This document shows, piece after piece, positions 17,976-29,421 of a DNA stretch of 64,000 nt. Positions within the stretch are counted from its first letter, which is position 1; each line of letters begins with the position of its first letter. The position numbers and the translations under genes were made by a program. The stretch is from Candidatus Entotheonellaceae bacterium (GTDB lineage: Bacteria > Tectomicrobia > Entotheonellia > Entotheonellales > Entotheonellaceae): NCBI GenBank assembly GCA_965238075.1, contig OZ250173.1:2080001-2144000 (forward strand). Direction: 5' to 3'. The notes beneath the pieces are model-generated. The model had not been told where the DNA came from. It saw only the letters and a list, made by a program, of their open reading frames with translations, and searched no databases.

Positions 17976-18938
17976 TTAAACCAGCGGCAGGCCGTGCTTT
18001 TTGCGCATGGCGTTGATGGTGGCCCGGAAGCCCTCTTCCATGGTGAATTGCGGGCTGTAGCCAATGGCGGCCTCGGTGACCGAGGGGTCGTAGTTCATGG
18101 CGCCGATCGTGTGACCGTCCTCGACCCGCAGGTCGGCGTCGGGCAGCAGCCGTTTGACGAACGTCACGGCGTCGCGCATTGATCCGGTGGTGCCGCAGAT
18201 GGTGAGGCCCGACAGCGGGCACGGCGGCGCCTCGGTGGCCAGGTGGATGGCGCGGCCCACGTCTTCGGCGTACAGGAAATCCGGCGCGTCGTCGCCGTTG
18301 CGGATCACACCCGGCTCGCCAATGGCCGGTTTTTCCAGCAATTCGGTCATGAAATCGGCGCCCGTGCCGCGCGCCATGGTTAATGCCTTGCCGTAGCCGT
18401 AAACGACGGTGAAGCGCAAGCCGATGTTGTCGAGGGCGCGCTGGTTCTTGTAGTGCATGCCGAGACTCTCGTTGAACGACTTGACGGCGCCGTAGAGGCC
18501 GGTCGGCTCGTGGTGGGCGTTGTTCTCGATGAATCCCTCGCGCTCCCCGGATATGCCGAACACGGCCACCGAACTGGCCCACACGACCTTGCTGACGCCC
18601 AACGCCAGCGCTGCCTCGAAGACGTTCAGCGTGCCCTCGCAATTAACCTTCAGCGTCCGCAATGGGTTGACCTCGCTGCTGACGCTTAGCGTGGCCGCCA
18701 GATGCACGACCCGCTGCGCCTGCGCGCTTCCCATGGCCCGCAACACGGCCGGCAGATCGGTCACGTCGCCGCTCACCAGTTGCACCCCGTCCGCCGCCGG
18801 GCCGCCAAGCACGTCGGCCAAGTACTCCCGGTTCAGCATCAGATCGAACACCGTCACCCGGTGGCCCGCCTCGACCAGCGCCTTCGCCGCGTAGGCACCC
18901 ACGAAACCCGTTCCGCCCGTTACGAGGTAATTTACCAT
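17976..18938 (-). CDS. NAD-dependent epimerase/dehydratase (extended SDR)
   Basis: TGGTGFVG, VVHLAA, WASS, YGAVK; GGAGG RBS before ATG 18938. Confidence 0.9.
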   Translation of the reverse strand: MVNYLVTGGTGFVGAYAAKALVEAGHRVTVFDLMLNREYLADVLGGPAADGVQLVSGDVTDLPAVLRAMGSAQAQRVVHLAATLSVSSEVNPLRTLKVNCEGTLNVFEAALALGVSKVVWASSVAVFGISGEREGFIENNAHHEPTGLYGAVKSFNESLGMHYKNQRALDNIGLRFTVVYGYGKALTMARGTGADFMTELLEKPAIGEPGVIRNGDDAPDFLYAEDVGRAIHLATEAPPCPLSGLTICGTTGSMRDAVTFVKRLLPDADLRVEDGHTIGAMNYDPSVTEAAIGYSPQFTMEEGFRATINAMRKKHGLPLV

Positions 18939-19142
18939 CTCGCCTCCCAGCCGTGTGTTTTGCAACGTGTTCCCAGACCTTCATGAAGCCCGCCGGATCA
19001 TATCGCACCCCTCCCAGCCGGGCAACACGCCCGCCCGGTTCGGCGGCGCCAGATTTCCTTCTGGTAAAATGCGGCGACTTGCGAGTACGATGCAGTGCGT
19101 TATCGAGTCGTGGGCCTGTGGGAGATGCCTGGAGGATACGTG

Positions 19143-19450
19143 ATGTGGGCATGGGTCAAAGAGAACGGTACGGGGTTGCTTGCTATTGCTGCAGTGTTAA
19201 CTTTACTGTTCAACGTGGTGAACGCCAGGATCGACACCAAGTTCGAGGCCATGAACCAGCGTTTCGACGACCTGATTCAGAGCACGAACCAGCGCTTTGA
19301 TGCCGTTGACCAGCGTATGGACCGCATGACCGACTCGATCGATGCCTACGCGGCGACCTTGTGCGACTTGGTGAGCGCGTATCCAGCAACAAAGGTGCGC
19401 TGGATCTGCTAAGCCAGCAGATACAACGAACATCGCCCCCCTGGTGGTGA
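19143..19450 (+). pseudogene. Small N-terminally anchored coiled-coil protein, probably frameshifted near 19345
   Basis: GGAGG RBS, TM segment GLLAIAAVLTLLF, NQRFD repeats. After SID the alternative frame reads LRGDLVRLGERVSSNKGALDLLSQQIQ and keeps the heptad pattern, while the annotated frame becomes non-coiled-coil. Confidence 0.55.
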
Positions 19451-19824
19451 TGTGACCCCTTGAGAAGTCGTTTTCCGCCGCGATCTCGCCTCAACTCCTA
19501 CTCCCGGATGCCCTCGAACCCACGCTGTTTTCAATCCTGCCTCCCAAATCCCGACTTGGATAAATCGGGACGCCTGCCTGGGCATGTGAGGGATATCGTG
19601 TCGCTGATAGAGATCGTTCGCGATGCTGTACAATCCGATTTAGGAAAGGGTCCAGGCGCAAAACGCTGGTTGGCGTTCTTAACGCTTGGTTAACCGGCTT
19701 ATACGATCCTGGTGCTTCCCCGCTGCTCGTTATCTGATAAGGTGCATCACCTGCGCCGGGGGATGGGACTTGGTGGTGAACGGCGGGGAGTGGCTGAAGA
19801 AGGGGCAGGAGCCGGGATAGCACG

Positions 19825-20403
19825 ATGAACACACCGTCGCATTTTCTGATGACCGCCGCCCTGCGCCGTGCCTGGAAGCACCAGCCGCCGCCCGCCAGCG
19901 CCTTCCTGCTGGGGTCGGTGGCGCCCGACATCGCGCTGTACCTGCTGTCTCTCGGCGGCGCCCTCCACTTCCGCTATCTGCTCGGCTGGAGCGCCGAGGC
20001 GACGTGGCGCCACCTGTACGACACCCTCTATTTTCACAATCCGTTCTGGATCGCCGCCCACAATCTGCTGCACTCCCCGACCGTGTTGATCATCGCTCTT
20101 GTCTTGCTGTGGCGCGCCCAGGGTCTGCCGGAAGCCCCGCGGCGCTGGCTGCGCTGGTTCCTGGCAGCGTGCCTGCTGCACAGCGTTGTGGACGTGCTGA
20201 CGCACGTCGACGACGGCCCGTTGCTGTTTTTCCCCTTCGAGTGGACGATACGCTTTGAAAGCCCCGTCAGCTATTGGGACAGCCGCCATTACGGAACGCA
20301 GTTTGTCGTTTTCGAGCTGACGCTCGACGTACTTCTCATCGCTTACCTCTGTCTGCCGCCTCTGTGGCGCCTGGCGCGGGCGCGTTCGGTGCGGGGCGCG
20401 TAG
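19825..20403 (+). CDS. Membrane-bound metal-dependent hydrolase (YdjM-like)
   Basis: MNTPSH, GSVAPD, HNLLHS, LHSVVDVLTH, PLLFFPF motifs. Confidence 0.82.
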   Translation: MNTPSHFLMTAALRRAWKHQPPPASAFLLGSVAPDIALYLLSLGGALHFRYLLGWSAEATWRHLYDTLYFHNPFWIAAHNLLHSPTVLIIALVLLWRAQGLPEAPRRWLRWFLAACLLHSVVDVLTHVDDGPLLFFPFEWTIRFESPVSYWDSRHYGTQFVVFELTLDVLLIAYLCLPPLWRLARARSVRGA

Positions 20404-20427
20404 GTCGGATCGACGGATGAGTGGTTG

Positions 20428-20558
20428 GTCATTCCGGCGGAGGCCGGAATCCGGGGGCGGGCCCTTGCCCACCAGAAAACCCTGGACTCCGGCCCCGGAT
20501 CAAAGCCCGCCCCGTACTTGATACGGGGTCCGGGGTGACGTTCCTTCGCCGGAGTGAC
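20428..20558. repeat. Nested CGTC-type REP/REPIN composite
   Basis: Outer arms GTCATTCCGGCGGAGGCCGGAATCC ... GGACTCCGGC[insert]CTTCGCCGGAGTGAC. The insert is CCCCGGATCAA...GTCCGGGGTGAC, which itself contains the hairpin CCCCGTACTTGATACGGGG. Confidence 0.75.
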
Positions 20559-20586
20559 GTAGATTTATCAGCAGAAGGATTTATTG

Positions 20587-22683
<2,097 letters not shown>

Positions 22684-22813
22684 AGTCCGCCGGCTAGCTC
22701 CCTGATTCTGAATTCCGTGTGTACTTACTTCCTTTATTTCATCGGGAAACTTCAAAACCAGGACACCAGCCGGTTCTGGAGATCGGGGGTCGAAGTGTGA
22801 ATGGAGTGTAAAG

Positions 22814-23941
22814 ATGACTCGAGGGAAACTCGGGCGTAACGCCCCATGCTGGTGTGGGTCGGAGATAAAGTACAAACGTTGTCACCTTGATCGAGAGAGC
22901 CAATCACCGTTAGCTCTCTGGGACGCTTCCGACGTATTTACGAAAGCGTTCTCCGAGAAAAAGTGTTTGGCTCCGGACGCATGGCTGAATGGCTGCCGTG
23001 GAAAAATCTCCCGAGCGCACACCGTACCCAAGTCAGGGAGCCTTCAAAGGATCGCGCGTAACGGTCATGTGTACTCCTTTATCCCGCGCTTGGAGGATCT
23101 GCAAAAGCACGAGGGTAAAATGCTCCCGCGGCTGCTGGGCGTTAATCGAGCCTCGACATTTACTGGATTCTGTTCTGAACATGACAACAGCATCTTTGAG
23201 CCATTGGAGAAGAAAACCTTTGCGGGCACACGGGAACAATGCTTCCTGCTCAGTTACCGAGCCTTGGCGAGAGAGATCTATACCAAAATGGCGGCTTCCC
23301 ACCCTGAGCTTTCAAAGATCCGCCGAGCTGCGGATAAAGGAAGGCCACTTACGGAACAGATCGCGCTCCAGAGATTCAACCAATTAGTCGATATCGGGCT
23401 TTCATTTGGCCTCAAGGATTTAGATCACTACAAACACAGATACGACAAGATTCTCGAAAGCCGACAATTCGACGCCGTGCGGGGGTATGTCATCGAGTTT
23501 GAGGCTCCACCACTGGTAATGTGTAGTTGCGCGCCGTACCCCGAGCAAGATTTCAATGGCATCAAGCTGCAAACCGTGGCTGATCCGTCACGTGTCCCGG
23601 ATATTCTTTCTATTACATCCTTCTATGGTGGAGAAAAAGGGATCGTGGTTTTCTCCTGGCTGGCCGACAACGATCGGACATGTTGTGCTTTCATCGAGAG
23701 CCTAAAGGCAATTCCAGATGACTTCGTTACTGCGGCGTTGTTACGATTTTTCTTCACATATTCCGAGAATATTCACATGGCTCCTGGCTGGTGGGAGGAG
23801 CTACCTGGACGAATTCAGGATGCGCTCGTCAAGCGTATGAAGTTGAATACCGACTTTGCAAATGCGCTACCGAGGGCCGTGCTTGCGGATGATGGAATAT
23901 CTTTTGCCCCGTGGACTGTCGCAAAGCGATACGAAATCTGA
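22814..23941 (+). CDS. SEC-C metal-binding motif protein (accessory, AT-richer)
   Basis: N-terminal LGRNAPCWCGSEIKYKRCH, then C..C..ISRAH and ASTFTGFCSEHD (His/Cys, HNH-like spacing). Codon usage differs from the flanks. Confidence 0.8.
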   Translation: MTRGKLGRNAPCWCGSEIKYKRCHLDRESQSPLALWDASDVFTKAFSEKKCLAPDAWLNGCRGKISRAHTVPKSGSLQRIARNGHVYSFIPRLEDLQKHEGKMLPRLLGVNRASTFTGFCSEHDNSIFEPLEKKTFAGTREQCFLLSYRALAREIYTKMAASHPELSKIRRAADKGRPLTEQIALQRFNQLVDIGLSFGLKDLDHYKHRYDKILESRQFDAVRGYVIEFEAPPLVMCSCAPYPEQDFNGIKLQTVADPSRVPDILSITSFYGGEKGIVVFSWLADNDRTCCAFIESLKAIPDDFVTAALLRFFFTYSENIHMAPGWWEELPGRIQDALVKRMKLNTDFANALPRAVLADDGISFAPWTVAKRYEI

Positions 23942-24050
23942 GCCGCCCGCAGTTGTCGTATCGACGCTGCCGTCCGTGTGATGTCGCCGCGCTCCTGGCG
24001 TGGCCCTCGGTCAGCGGCTCAGGAAAGCGCTAGCTCTCGGCTAGGGTGCG

Positions 24051-24251
24051 ATGTATCAGCTTTACGCCTGCGCTGAGGGCTACGGACGTAAGACCGTGGC
24101 CCTTGTTTATCCCCAAACGCGGACCTTCACAACTGGGACTAACCTTCAGTGTCGACTCCCCGACGACGTAACCCTCATCTGCCTCCCATTCGACGTCGCG
24201 CATCCGCAGGAAAGCGTACAGCACTCGATGGCAGCCCTCACGAGCGCCTGA
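24051..24251 (+). pseudogene. C-terminal remnant of an McrC-family restriction protein
   Basis: MYQLYACAEGYGRKTVALVYP matches the McrC YQxxAY...LxYP signature. The upstream PD..DxK region and mcrB are absent. Confidence 0.65.
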
Positions 24252-24304
24252 CCTCCCTCTAAACCACCCGCCCGCGCACCCACCTTCAGGTAGCAATTTC
24301 CCAT

Positions 24305-24333
24305 TGACACCGGCTTACAGGCTCACTTAACCT
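24305..24333 (+). promoter_or_regulatory. Putative sigma70 promoter of the aor operon
   Basis: TTGACA-17 bp-TAACCT, about 50 bp upstream of the ferredoxin gene. Confidence 0.55.
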
Positions 24334-24382
24334 GCCGCTGTCAAATGCCTCATCGCAGCAACACACACGAAGGAGAGTCCGC

Positions 24383-24904
24383 ATGCTAAGGGCGCTCAAG
24401 CTTGAACCGGAAAAATGCACTGGTTGCCTGCAGTGCGAGATGGCCTGTTCGTATGAGAACGAAGGGGTTTTCAACCCCGCCAAATCCCGCATCAAGGTCT
24501 TCACCTTCCATCAAGAAGGGCGCTTCGCCCCCTACACCTGCACGCAGTGCGAGGAAGCCTGGTGCCTGCATTCCTGCCCCGTTGAGGCCATTGTCATCAA
24601 CGCCGAAACGGGCGCCAAGGAAGTGCTGGACAACGTCTGCGTCGGCTGCAAGGTGTGCACCATCGCCTGCCCGTTCGGCACCGTGAACTACAACCACGAT
24701 TCCGGCAAGGTGATGAAATGCGATCTGTGCGGCGGCGACCCGTGGTGCGCCAAGGCGTGCCCCACCGGCGCCATCACCTACGTCGACGTCGACAATACCG
24801 GCCTGGACCGCATGCGCGCCTGGGCGCAGCAGAGCCCGGCGGGACCGGCCACCCACGTCGAGCCGCGCCCCAAGGAAATCGCCACCTATAACCGCGCGCA
24901 GTAG
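24383..24904 (+). CDS. 4Fe-4S polyferredoxin subunit of aldehyde oxidoreductase (AorA-like)
   Basis: CTGCLQCEMAC, CTQCEEAWCLHSCP, CVGCKVCTIACP, KCDLC...CAKACP. Confidence 0.92.
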   Translation: MLRALKLEPEKCTGCLQCEMACSYENEGVFNPAKSRIKVFTFHQEGRFAPYTCTQCEEAWCLHSCPVEAIVINAETGAKEVLDNVCVGCKVCTIACPFGTVNYNHDSGKVMKCDLCGGDPWCAKACPTGAITYVDVDNTGLDRMRAWAQQSPAGPATHVEPRPKEIATYNRAQ

Positions 24905-24921
24905 CCGCGAGAGGAGACCCC

Positions 24922-26769
24922 ATGGCCTGGACAGAAAACGTATTACGAGTCGACCTCACCTCCGGCAAGATCGCCTCCGAACCGCTCAACATGGAATGGG
25001 CGCGCGATTATCTCGGTCAGCGCGGGCTTGCCACCAAGTACCTCTACGAAGAAATCGATCCCACCATTGACGCGCTTTCCCCCGCCAACAAGCTGATCAT
25101 GACCACCGGGCCGCTGACGGGCACCATGGCCTCCACCGGCGGGCGCTATTCCGTCGTCACCAAGAGCCCGCTGACGGGCGCCGTGGCGTGCTCCAATTCC
25201 GGCGGCTTCATCGGCGCCGAGATGAAAATGGCCGGTTGGGACATGATCATCTTCGAGGGCAAATCCCCGCAGCCGGTATATCTCTATGTGGAGAACGAGA
25301 ACGCCGAGTTGCTGCCGGCGGACGATCTGTGGGGTGCCTCGGTGTGGGAGACGGACGAACGCTTGCACGCCAAGCACCAGGACCCGCTCATCCGCATCGC
25401 CTGCGTCGGGCGCGCCGCCGAACAGGGTTGCCTGTACGCCTCGGTGGTGAACGACCTGCACCGCGCCGCCGGACGATCCGGGGTCGGCACGGTCATGGCG
25501 TCCAAGAACCTCAAGGCGCTCGTCTGCCGCGGCACCAAGGGCGTCGGCAACATCAAGGACCCCATGCGGTTCTTCCAGGCCACCGAGCAGGGCAAGAAGG
25601 TGCTGGCGGAAAACGCCGTCACCGGCCAGGGCCTGCCGAAGTTCGGCACCCAGGTGCTGATGAACGTCATCAACGAAGTCGGCGCCATGCCCACCCGCAA
25701 CATGCGCGAGGTGCAGTTCGAGGGCGCCCACAAGATTTCCGGCGAGGCCATGCACGAACCGCGCAGCGACGGCACCCCGAACCTGCACACCAACGCCGCC
25801 TGCTTCGCCTGCACCATTGCTTGTGGGCGTATCTCGACGATCGAGAAGGGCCACTTCACGATCGAGAACAAGCCCAAATACTGGGGCGCCTCCGGCGGCC
25901 TGGAGTACGAGGCGGCCTGGGCCCTGGGCAGCGACACCGGGGTCGACGACCTCGAAGCCCTTACCTACGTGAACTTCCTGTGCAACGAGGACGGCATCGA
26001 TCCCATCTCCTTCGGGTCCACCGTTGCGGCTGCCATGGAGTTGTACGAGCGCGGCGTCATCACCCAGGAAGACACCGGCGGTATCGACTTGCGATTCGGC
26101 TCCGCCGAGGCGCTCGCCAAGGCAACCGAGCTGACCGCCCGCGGCGAAGGCTTTGGCAAAATTCTCGGTCTCGGCTCGCTGCGCCTGTGCGGGAAGTACG
26201 GCCACCCGGAGCTGTCGATGACGGTCAAGGGTCAGGAGTTCCCGGCCTACGATCCGCGCGGCATCCAGGGCATGGGCCTGGCCTACGCCACCGCCAACCG
26301 CGGTGCCTGCCACTTGCGCGCCTACACCGTGGCGTCGGAAATCCTCGGCATTCCCGAGAAGACCGATCCCCTGGTCACGGAGGGCAAGGCGGAACTGGTC
26401 AAGGCATTCCAGGACGCCACCGCGGCGGTGGATTCTGCCGGCCTGTGCGTCTTCACCACCTTCGCCTGGGGCATGGAGGACATCGCGCCGCAGGTCGACG
26501 CCGCCTGCGAGGGCGACTGGTCGGCGGAGAAGCTGCTGGAGGTTGGCGAGCGCGTCTGGAACCTGGAGCGCGACTTCAACCTCAAGGCCGGCTTCACCAT
26601 GGCCGACGACACGCTGCCGCACCGCCTGCTGGAAGAGGGCGCCAACACCGGCCCGGCGAAGGGCAGGGTGAACGATCTCCAGCAGATGCTGCCGCGCTAC
26701 TACGAAATTCGCGGCTGGACGGAGAACGGTGAACTGAGCGACGACACACGCCGCCGCTTGAGGGTCTGA
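24922..26769 (+). CDS. aor: Tungsten-dependent aldehyde ferredoxin oxidoreductase family catalytic subunit (AorB-like)
   Basis: LRVDLT, KSPLTG, AAGRSGVGTVMASKNLKA, CFACTIAC, GLEYE, DPRG..GMGLAYATANRGACH, YYEIRGW. Confidence 0.95.
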   Translation: MAWTENVLRVDLTSGKIASEPLNMEWARDYLGQRGLATKYLYEEIDPTIDALSPANKLIMTTGPLTGTMASTGGRYSVVTKSPLTGAVACSNSGGFIGAEMKMAGWDMIIFEGKSPQPVYLYVENENAELLPADDLWGASVWETDERLHAKHQDPLIRIACVGRAAEQGCLYASVVNDLHRAAGRSGVGTVMASKNLKALVCRGTKGVGNIKDPMRFFQATEQGKKVLAENAVTGQGLPKFGTQVLMNVINEVGAMPTRNMREVQFEGAHKISGEAMHEPRSDGTPNLHTNAACFACTIACGRISTIEKGHFTIENKPKYWGASGGLEYEAAWALGSDTGVDDLEALTYVNFLCNEDGIDPISFGSTVAAAMELYERGVITQEDTGGIDLRFGSAEALAKATELTARGEGFGKILGLGSLRLCGKYGHPELSMTVKGQEFPAYDPRGIQGMGLAYATANRGACHLRAYTVASEILGIPEKTDPLVTEGKAELVKAFQDATAAVDSAGLCVFTTFAWGMEDIAPQVDAACEGDWSAEKLLEVGERVWNLERDFNLKAGFTMADDTLPHRLLEEGANTGPAKGRVNDLQQMLPRYYEIRGWTENGELSDDTRRRLRV

Positions 26770-26860
26770 TGACGATTTGTCGCCCCGCTCACCCGTAGCG
26801 GGGCGGCGCGTCGTTGATGCGGTCGGCAGGTCTGCCGCGCCGGGTTGGGAGGAATGTCAC

Positions 26861-28120
26861 ATGCATCACATCATCATCGGCGCCGGACCCACCGGGGTCG
26901 TGGCCGCCGAAACGCTGCGCAAGCTGGCCGCCGAATCCCGGATCACCATCATCGGGGACGAGCCCGAGGCGCCCTACTCGCGCATGGCCATCCCCTATCT
27001 CCTGATCGACCAGATCGACGCCTCGGGAACCCATTTGCGCAAAACTGACGGGCACTTTGCTGACCACAACATTGAGGTGCGGCAGGACCGCGTATCGCGG
27101 GTTCAGCCGGAGCGCAAGAGCCTCTCCCTGCAAAGCGGCGCCGAGGTGTCGTACGACAAGCTGCTGATCGCCACCGGCTCGCGCCCGGTGTCGCCGCCGG
27201 TGCCCGGTATCGACGCTCCCGGCGTGCACGCCTGCTGGACGCTGCAGGACGCCCGCGACATCATGCAGCGCGCCCAGGCGGGCGCCAAGGTGGTGCTCAT
27301 GGGCGCCGGGTTCATCGGCAGCATCATCCTGGAGGCGCTAGCGGCGCGGGGAACCGATCTGACCGTTGTTGAAATGGAGGACCGCATGGTACCGCGCATG
27401 ATGAATGCCGTGGCCGGCGGCCTCATCAAGGCGTGGTGCGAGAACAAGGGGGTGAAGGTACTCACCTCCACGCAGGTCGAGGCCATCGAGTCCGGCCAGC
27501 CGCTGACGGTCAGGCTCAACAACGGCAACACGCTGGCCGCCGATCTGGTCATCGCGGCGACGGGCGTGCGGCCCAACATCGACTTCCTGGAAGGCTCCGG
27601 CATCCGCACCGATTACGGCGTGCTGGTGGATACGCACTTGGCGACCAGCGCCGCCGACGTGTACGCCGCCGGGGATGTGGCGCAGGGGCTGGATTTCTCA
27701 ACCGGGCAGTACACGGTGCAGGCCATTCAGCCGACCGCCGCGGATCACGGGCGCATCGCCGCCAGCAACATGGCCGGCCGCACGCAGACGCACCGCGGCA
27801 ACCTGAACATGAATGTGCTGGACACCCTGGGGCTGATTTCCAGCTCCTTCGGCGCCTGGATGGGGGTTGAAGGCGGGGACTCGGCGGAACTTCTGGACGC
27901 CGGGCGCTTTCGCTACCTCAACTTGCAGTTTGAGGACGACCGTCTGGTGGGCGCCAGCAGCCTGGGCCTTACCGAGCACGTCGGCGTGATCAGAGGGCTC
28001 ATTCAAACGCGGGTGCGGCTGCGCGGGTGGAAGCAGAAGCTCATGCAGGACCCCACCCGGGTCATGGAGGCTTACCTGGCCAACACCCTGGCGATCGGAC
28101 ATAACGCAGGCGTTGTATGA
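26861..28120 (+). CDS. FAD-dependent pyridine nucleotide-disulfide oxidoreductase (AorC-like NAD-coupling subunit)
   Basis: IIGAGPTG, YDKLLIATGS, GAGFIG, VYAAGDVA; GGAGG RBS before ATG 26861. Confidence 0.9.
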   Translation: MHHIIIGAGPTGVVAAETLRKLAAESRITIIGDEPEAPYSRMAIPYLLIDQIDASGTHLRKTDGHFADHNIEVRQDRVSRVQPERKSLSLQSGAEVSYDKLLIATGSRPVSPPVPGIDAPGVHACWTLQDARDIMQRAQAGAKVVLMGAGFIGSIILEALAARGTDLTVVEMEDRMVPRMMNAVAGGLIKAWCENKGVKVLTSTQVEAIESGQPLTVRLNNGNTLAADLVIAATGVRPNIDFLEGSGIRTDYGVLVDTHLATSAADVYAAGDVAQGLDFSTGQYTVQAIQPTAADHGRIAASNMAGRTQTHRGNLNMNVLDTLGLISSSFGAWMGVEGGDSAELLDAGRFRYLNLQFEDDRLVGASSLGLTEHVGVIRGLIQTRVRLRGWKQKLMQDPTRVMEAYLANTLAIGHNAGVV

Positions 28121-28368
28121 AGATTTCCCTGAAGTTGTACGCCTCGCTGCGTGACCTCCTGCCACCCGATACCCCCTGGACCGGCGTGGTGATCGAGGTG
28201 CCGCTCGACATCACGCCGCACCAAGTCATCGATCAGTTTCGCGTCCCCCGCCCCATGGCCCACCTGGTTTTGCACAACGGCGTGTATCTCACCCCTGGGG
28301 ACCGCGACCGCGCCGTGCTGAACGACGGCGACGTGCTGGCCATCTGGCCGCCCATCGCGGGCGGATAG
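28117..28368 (+). CDS. MoaD/ThiS family sulfur-carrier protein
   Basis: KLYASLRDLLP...DGDVLAIWPPIAGG with C-terminal GG; ATGA overlap with the upstream gene. Confidence 0.92.
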   Translation: MKISLKLYASLRDLLPPDTPWTGVVIEVPLDITPHQVIDQFRVPRPMAHLVLHNGVYLTPGDRDRAVLNDGDVLAIWPPIAGG

Positions 28369-28372
28369 CCGG

Positions 28373-28672
28373 GTGCCAAGCCCCGCCGTCGTCCGCTTCT
28401 CCCGCGACATGGGCATCACCCACAGCGAGTTCTTCCGCACCCTGCCTTCTGCCCTGGCAGCACTGCCCTACACCGTCCAGGGCCACGACGTGATTATCAA
28501 CGACAACACGCAACGCCTGGTAATCACCCTGTCGCCCGAAAGCCGCCGCCGCCTCGGGGCACTGTCCCTGCCGACCACCCAGGCCCACTTCACCTTCTCA
28601 GGTCATTCCCCGCAGGACATCGACCGGTTCATGGCTCGCTTCGACCGCGCCTTCCAGCGCGGTGGCGGTTAG
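28373..28672 (+). CDS. Conserved hypothetical protein of the aor operon (ends FDRAFQRGGG)
   Basis: Starts 4 bp after moaD, host-like codon usage, DMGITHSEFFRTLP...FQRGGG. Confidence 0.75.
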   Translation: MPSPAVVRFSRDMGITHSEFFRTLPSALAALPYTVQGHDVIINDNTQRLVITLSPESRRRLGALSLPTTQAHFTFSGHSPQDIDRFMARFDRAFQRGGG

Positions 28673-29421
28673 GGGGTATCAGGAACCAGAGGCGCAAAAT
28701 TCTCGCTGGTCATGGGCTCATGCTGGCCCCAATTGCCGGTCATCTCGATCAGAACGCGCTGTTTCGAGGGCGCAGGCTGGGGATTGATCCTCACTACTTT
28801 CGCCTTGTATCTGTCGGGTGCATGGGTCATTGCGTTCGCCAGATCCTGTGCGAGATAACGGGGTGTCCAGCCGATCATGTGGTGGTCCGTCGTCTGCATC
28901 TGCACTGCCAGTTTAGTCGCGGGATTGGCGAGTTCCAGCGCCATATACAGTTCTTCCCCCGGTGTCAGTTCTGCAAGCCGCTCTTGAGCGGCCTCGCTGA
29001 CGCGTCGCCAGCTGTGGAGGAAAAAGCGGCAGGTAAAACTCCCGTCTTCTTCCTTGATAATTTTGGGGAAAACCTCGTAGGTATCCGTTACGCGTGAGCC
29101 GCCGTTTACCGAAAGAATCTCAATGGGGTCAGCCCCTTCGGACAGGCCAAGATAGCGTAGATAGTCGGCGAAGTCCGGGCGTGCCCGATTCATGACCCGG
29201 TTCTGGAATACGGGAAACAGTTCCGGAGAGCAATAGGTTTCATACAAATTAGGAAACTCCAACAACAGCGGGAAATCCGCCTCCTCCTTCGCTCGTTTTG
29301 CGCCCCCCGTGTAGCGGAAGCGATAGGATGGGCCTTCAACATTTACATCCAGACGGCCTACCGGGAACCATCCGTGGAGTGCCTTGTCCTGCCATGCCAG
29401 AAATAGGGTTCTCGTATGCAT
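28669..29421 (-). CDS. HIRAN-domain protein with an N-terminal HipS/Couple_hipA-like region
   Basis: LAWQD...PVGRL...YRFRY...LFPVFQNRV, then L.PGEEL....E..NP....AV......IGWTPRYLA (HIRAN-like). TGATG coupling to the kinase. Confidence 0.8.
   Translation of the reverse strand: MHTRTLFLAWQDKALHGWFPVGRLDVNVEGPSYRFRYTGGAKRAKEEADFPLLLEFPNLYETYCSPELFPVFQNRVMNRARPDFADYLRYLGLSEGADPIEILSVNGGSRVTDTYEVFPKIIKEEDGSFTCRFFLHSWRRVSEAAQERLAELTPGEELYMALELANPATKLAVQMQTTDHHMIGWTPRYLAQDLANAMTHAPDRYKAKVVRINPQPAPSKQRVLIEMTGNWGQHEPMTSENFAPLVPDTP

Noticed and set aside
19500-19545. tRNA-like GGGTTCGA on the minus strand
   Set aside because: No cloverleaf, acceptor stem or complete T-arm could be built.
24943-26622. 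Long antisense and alternate-frame ORFs (also 7426-9000 region, 45318-46937, 47426-49150, 53478-54902, 62568-63899)
   Set aside because: They are shadows of well-supported genes in high-GC DNA, with no recognisable motifs and often Arg/Pro/Ala/Gly-rich or antisense-typical composition.
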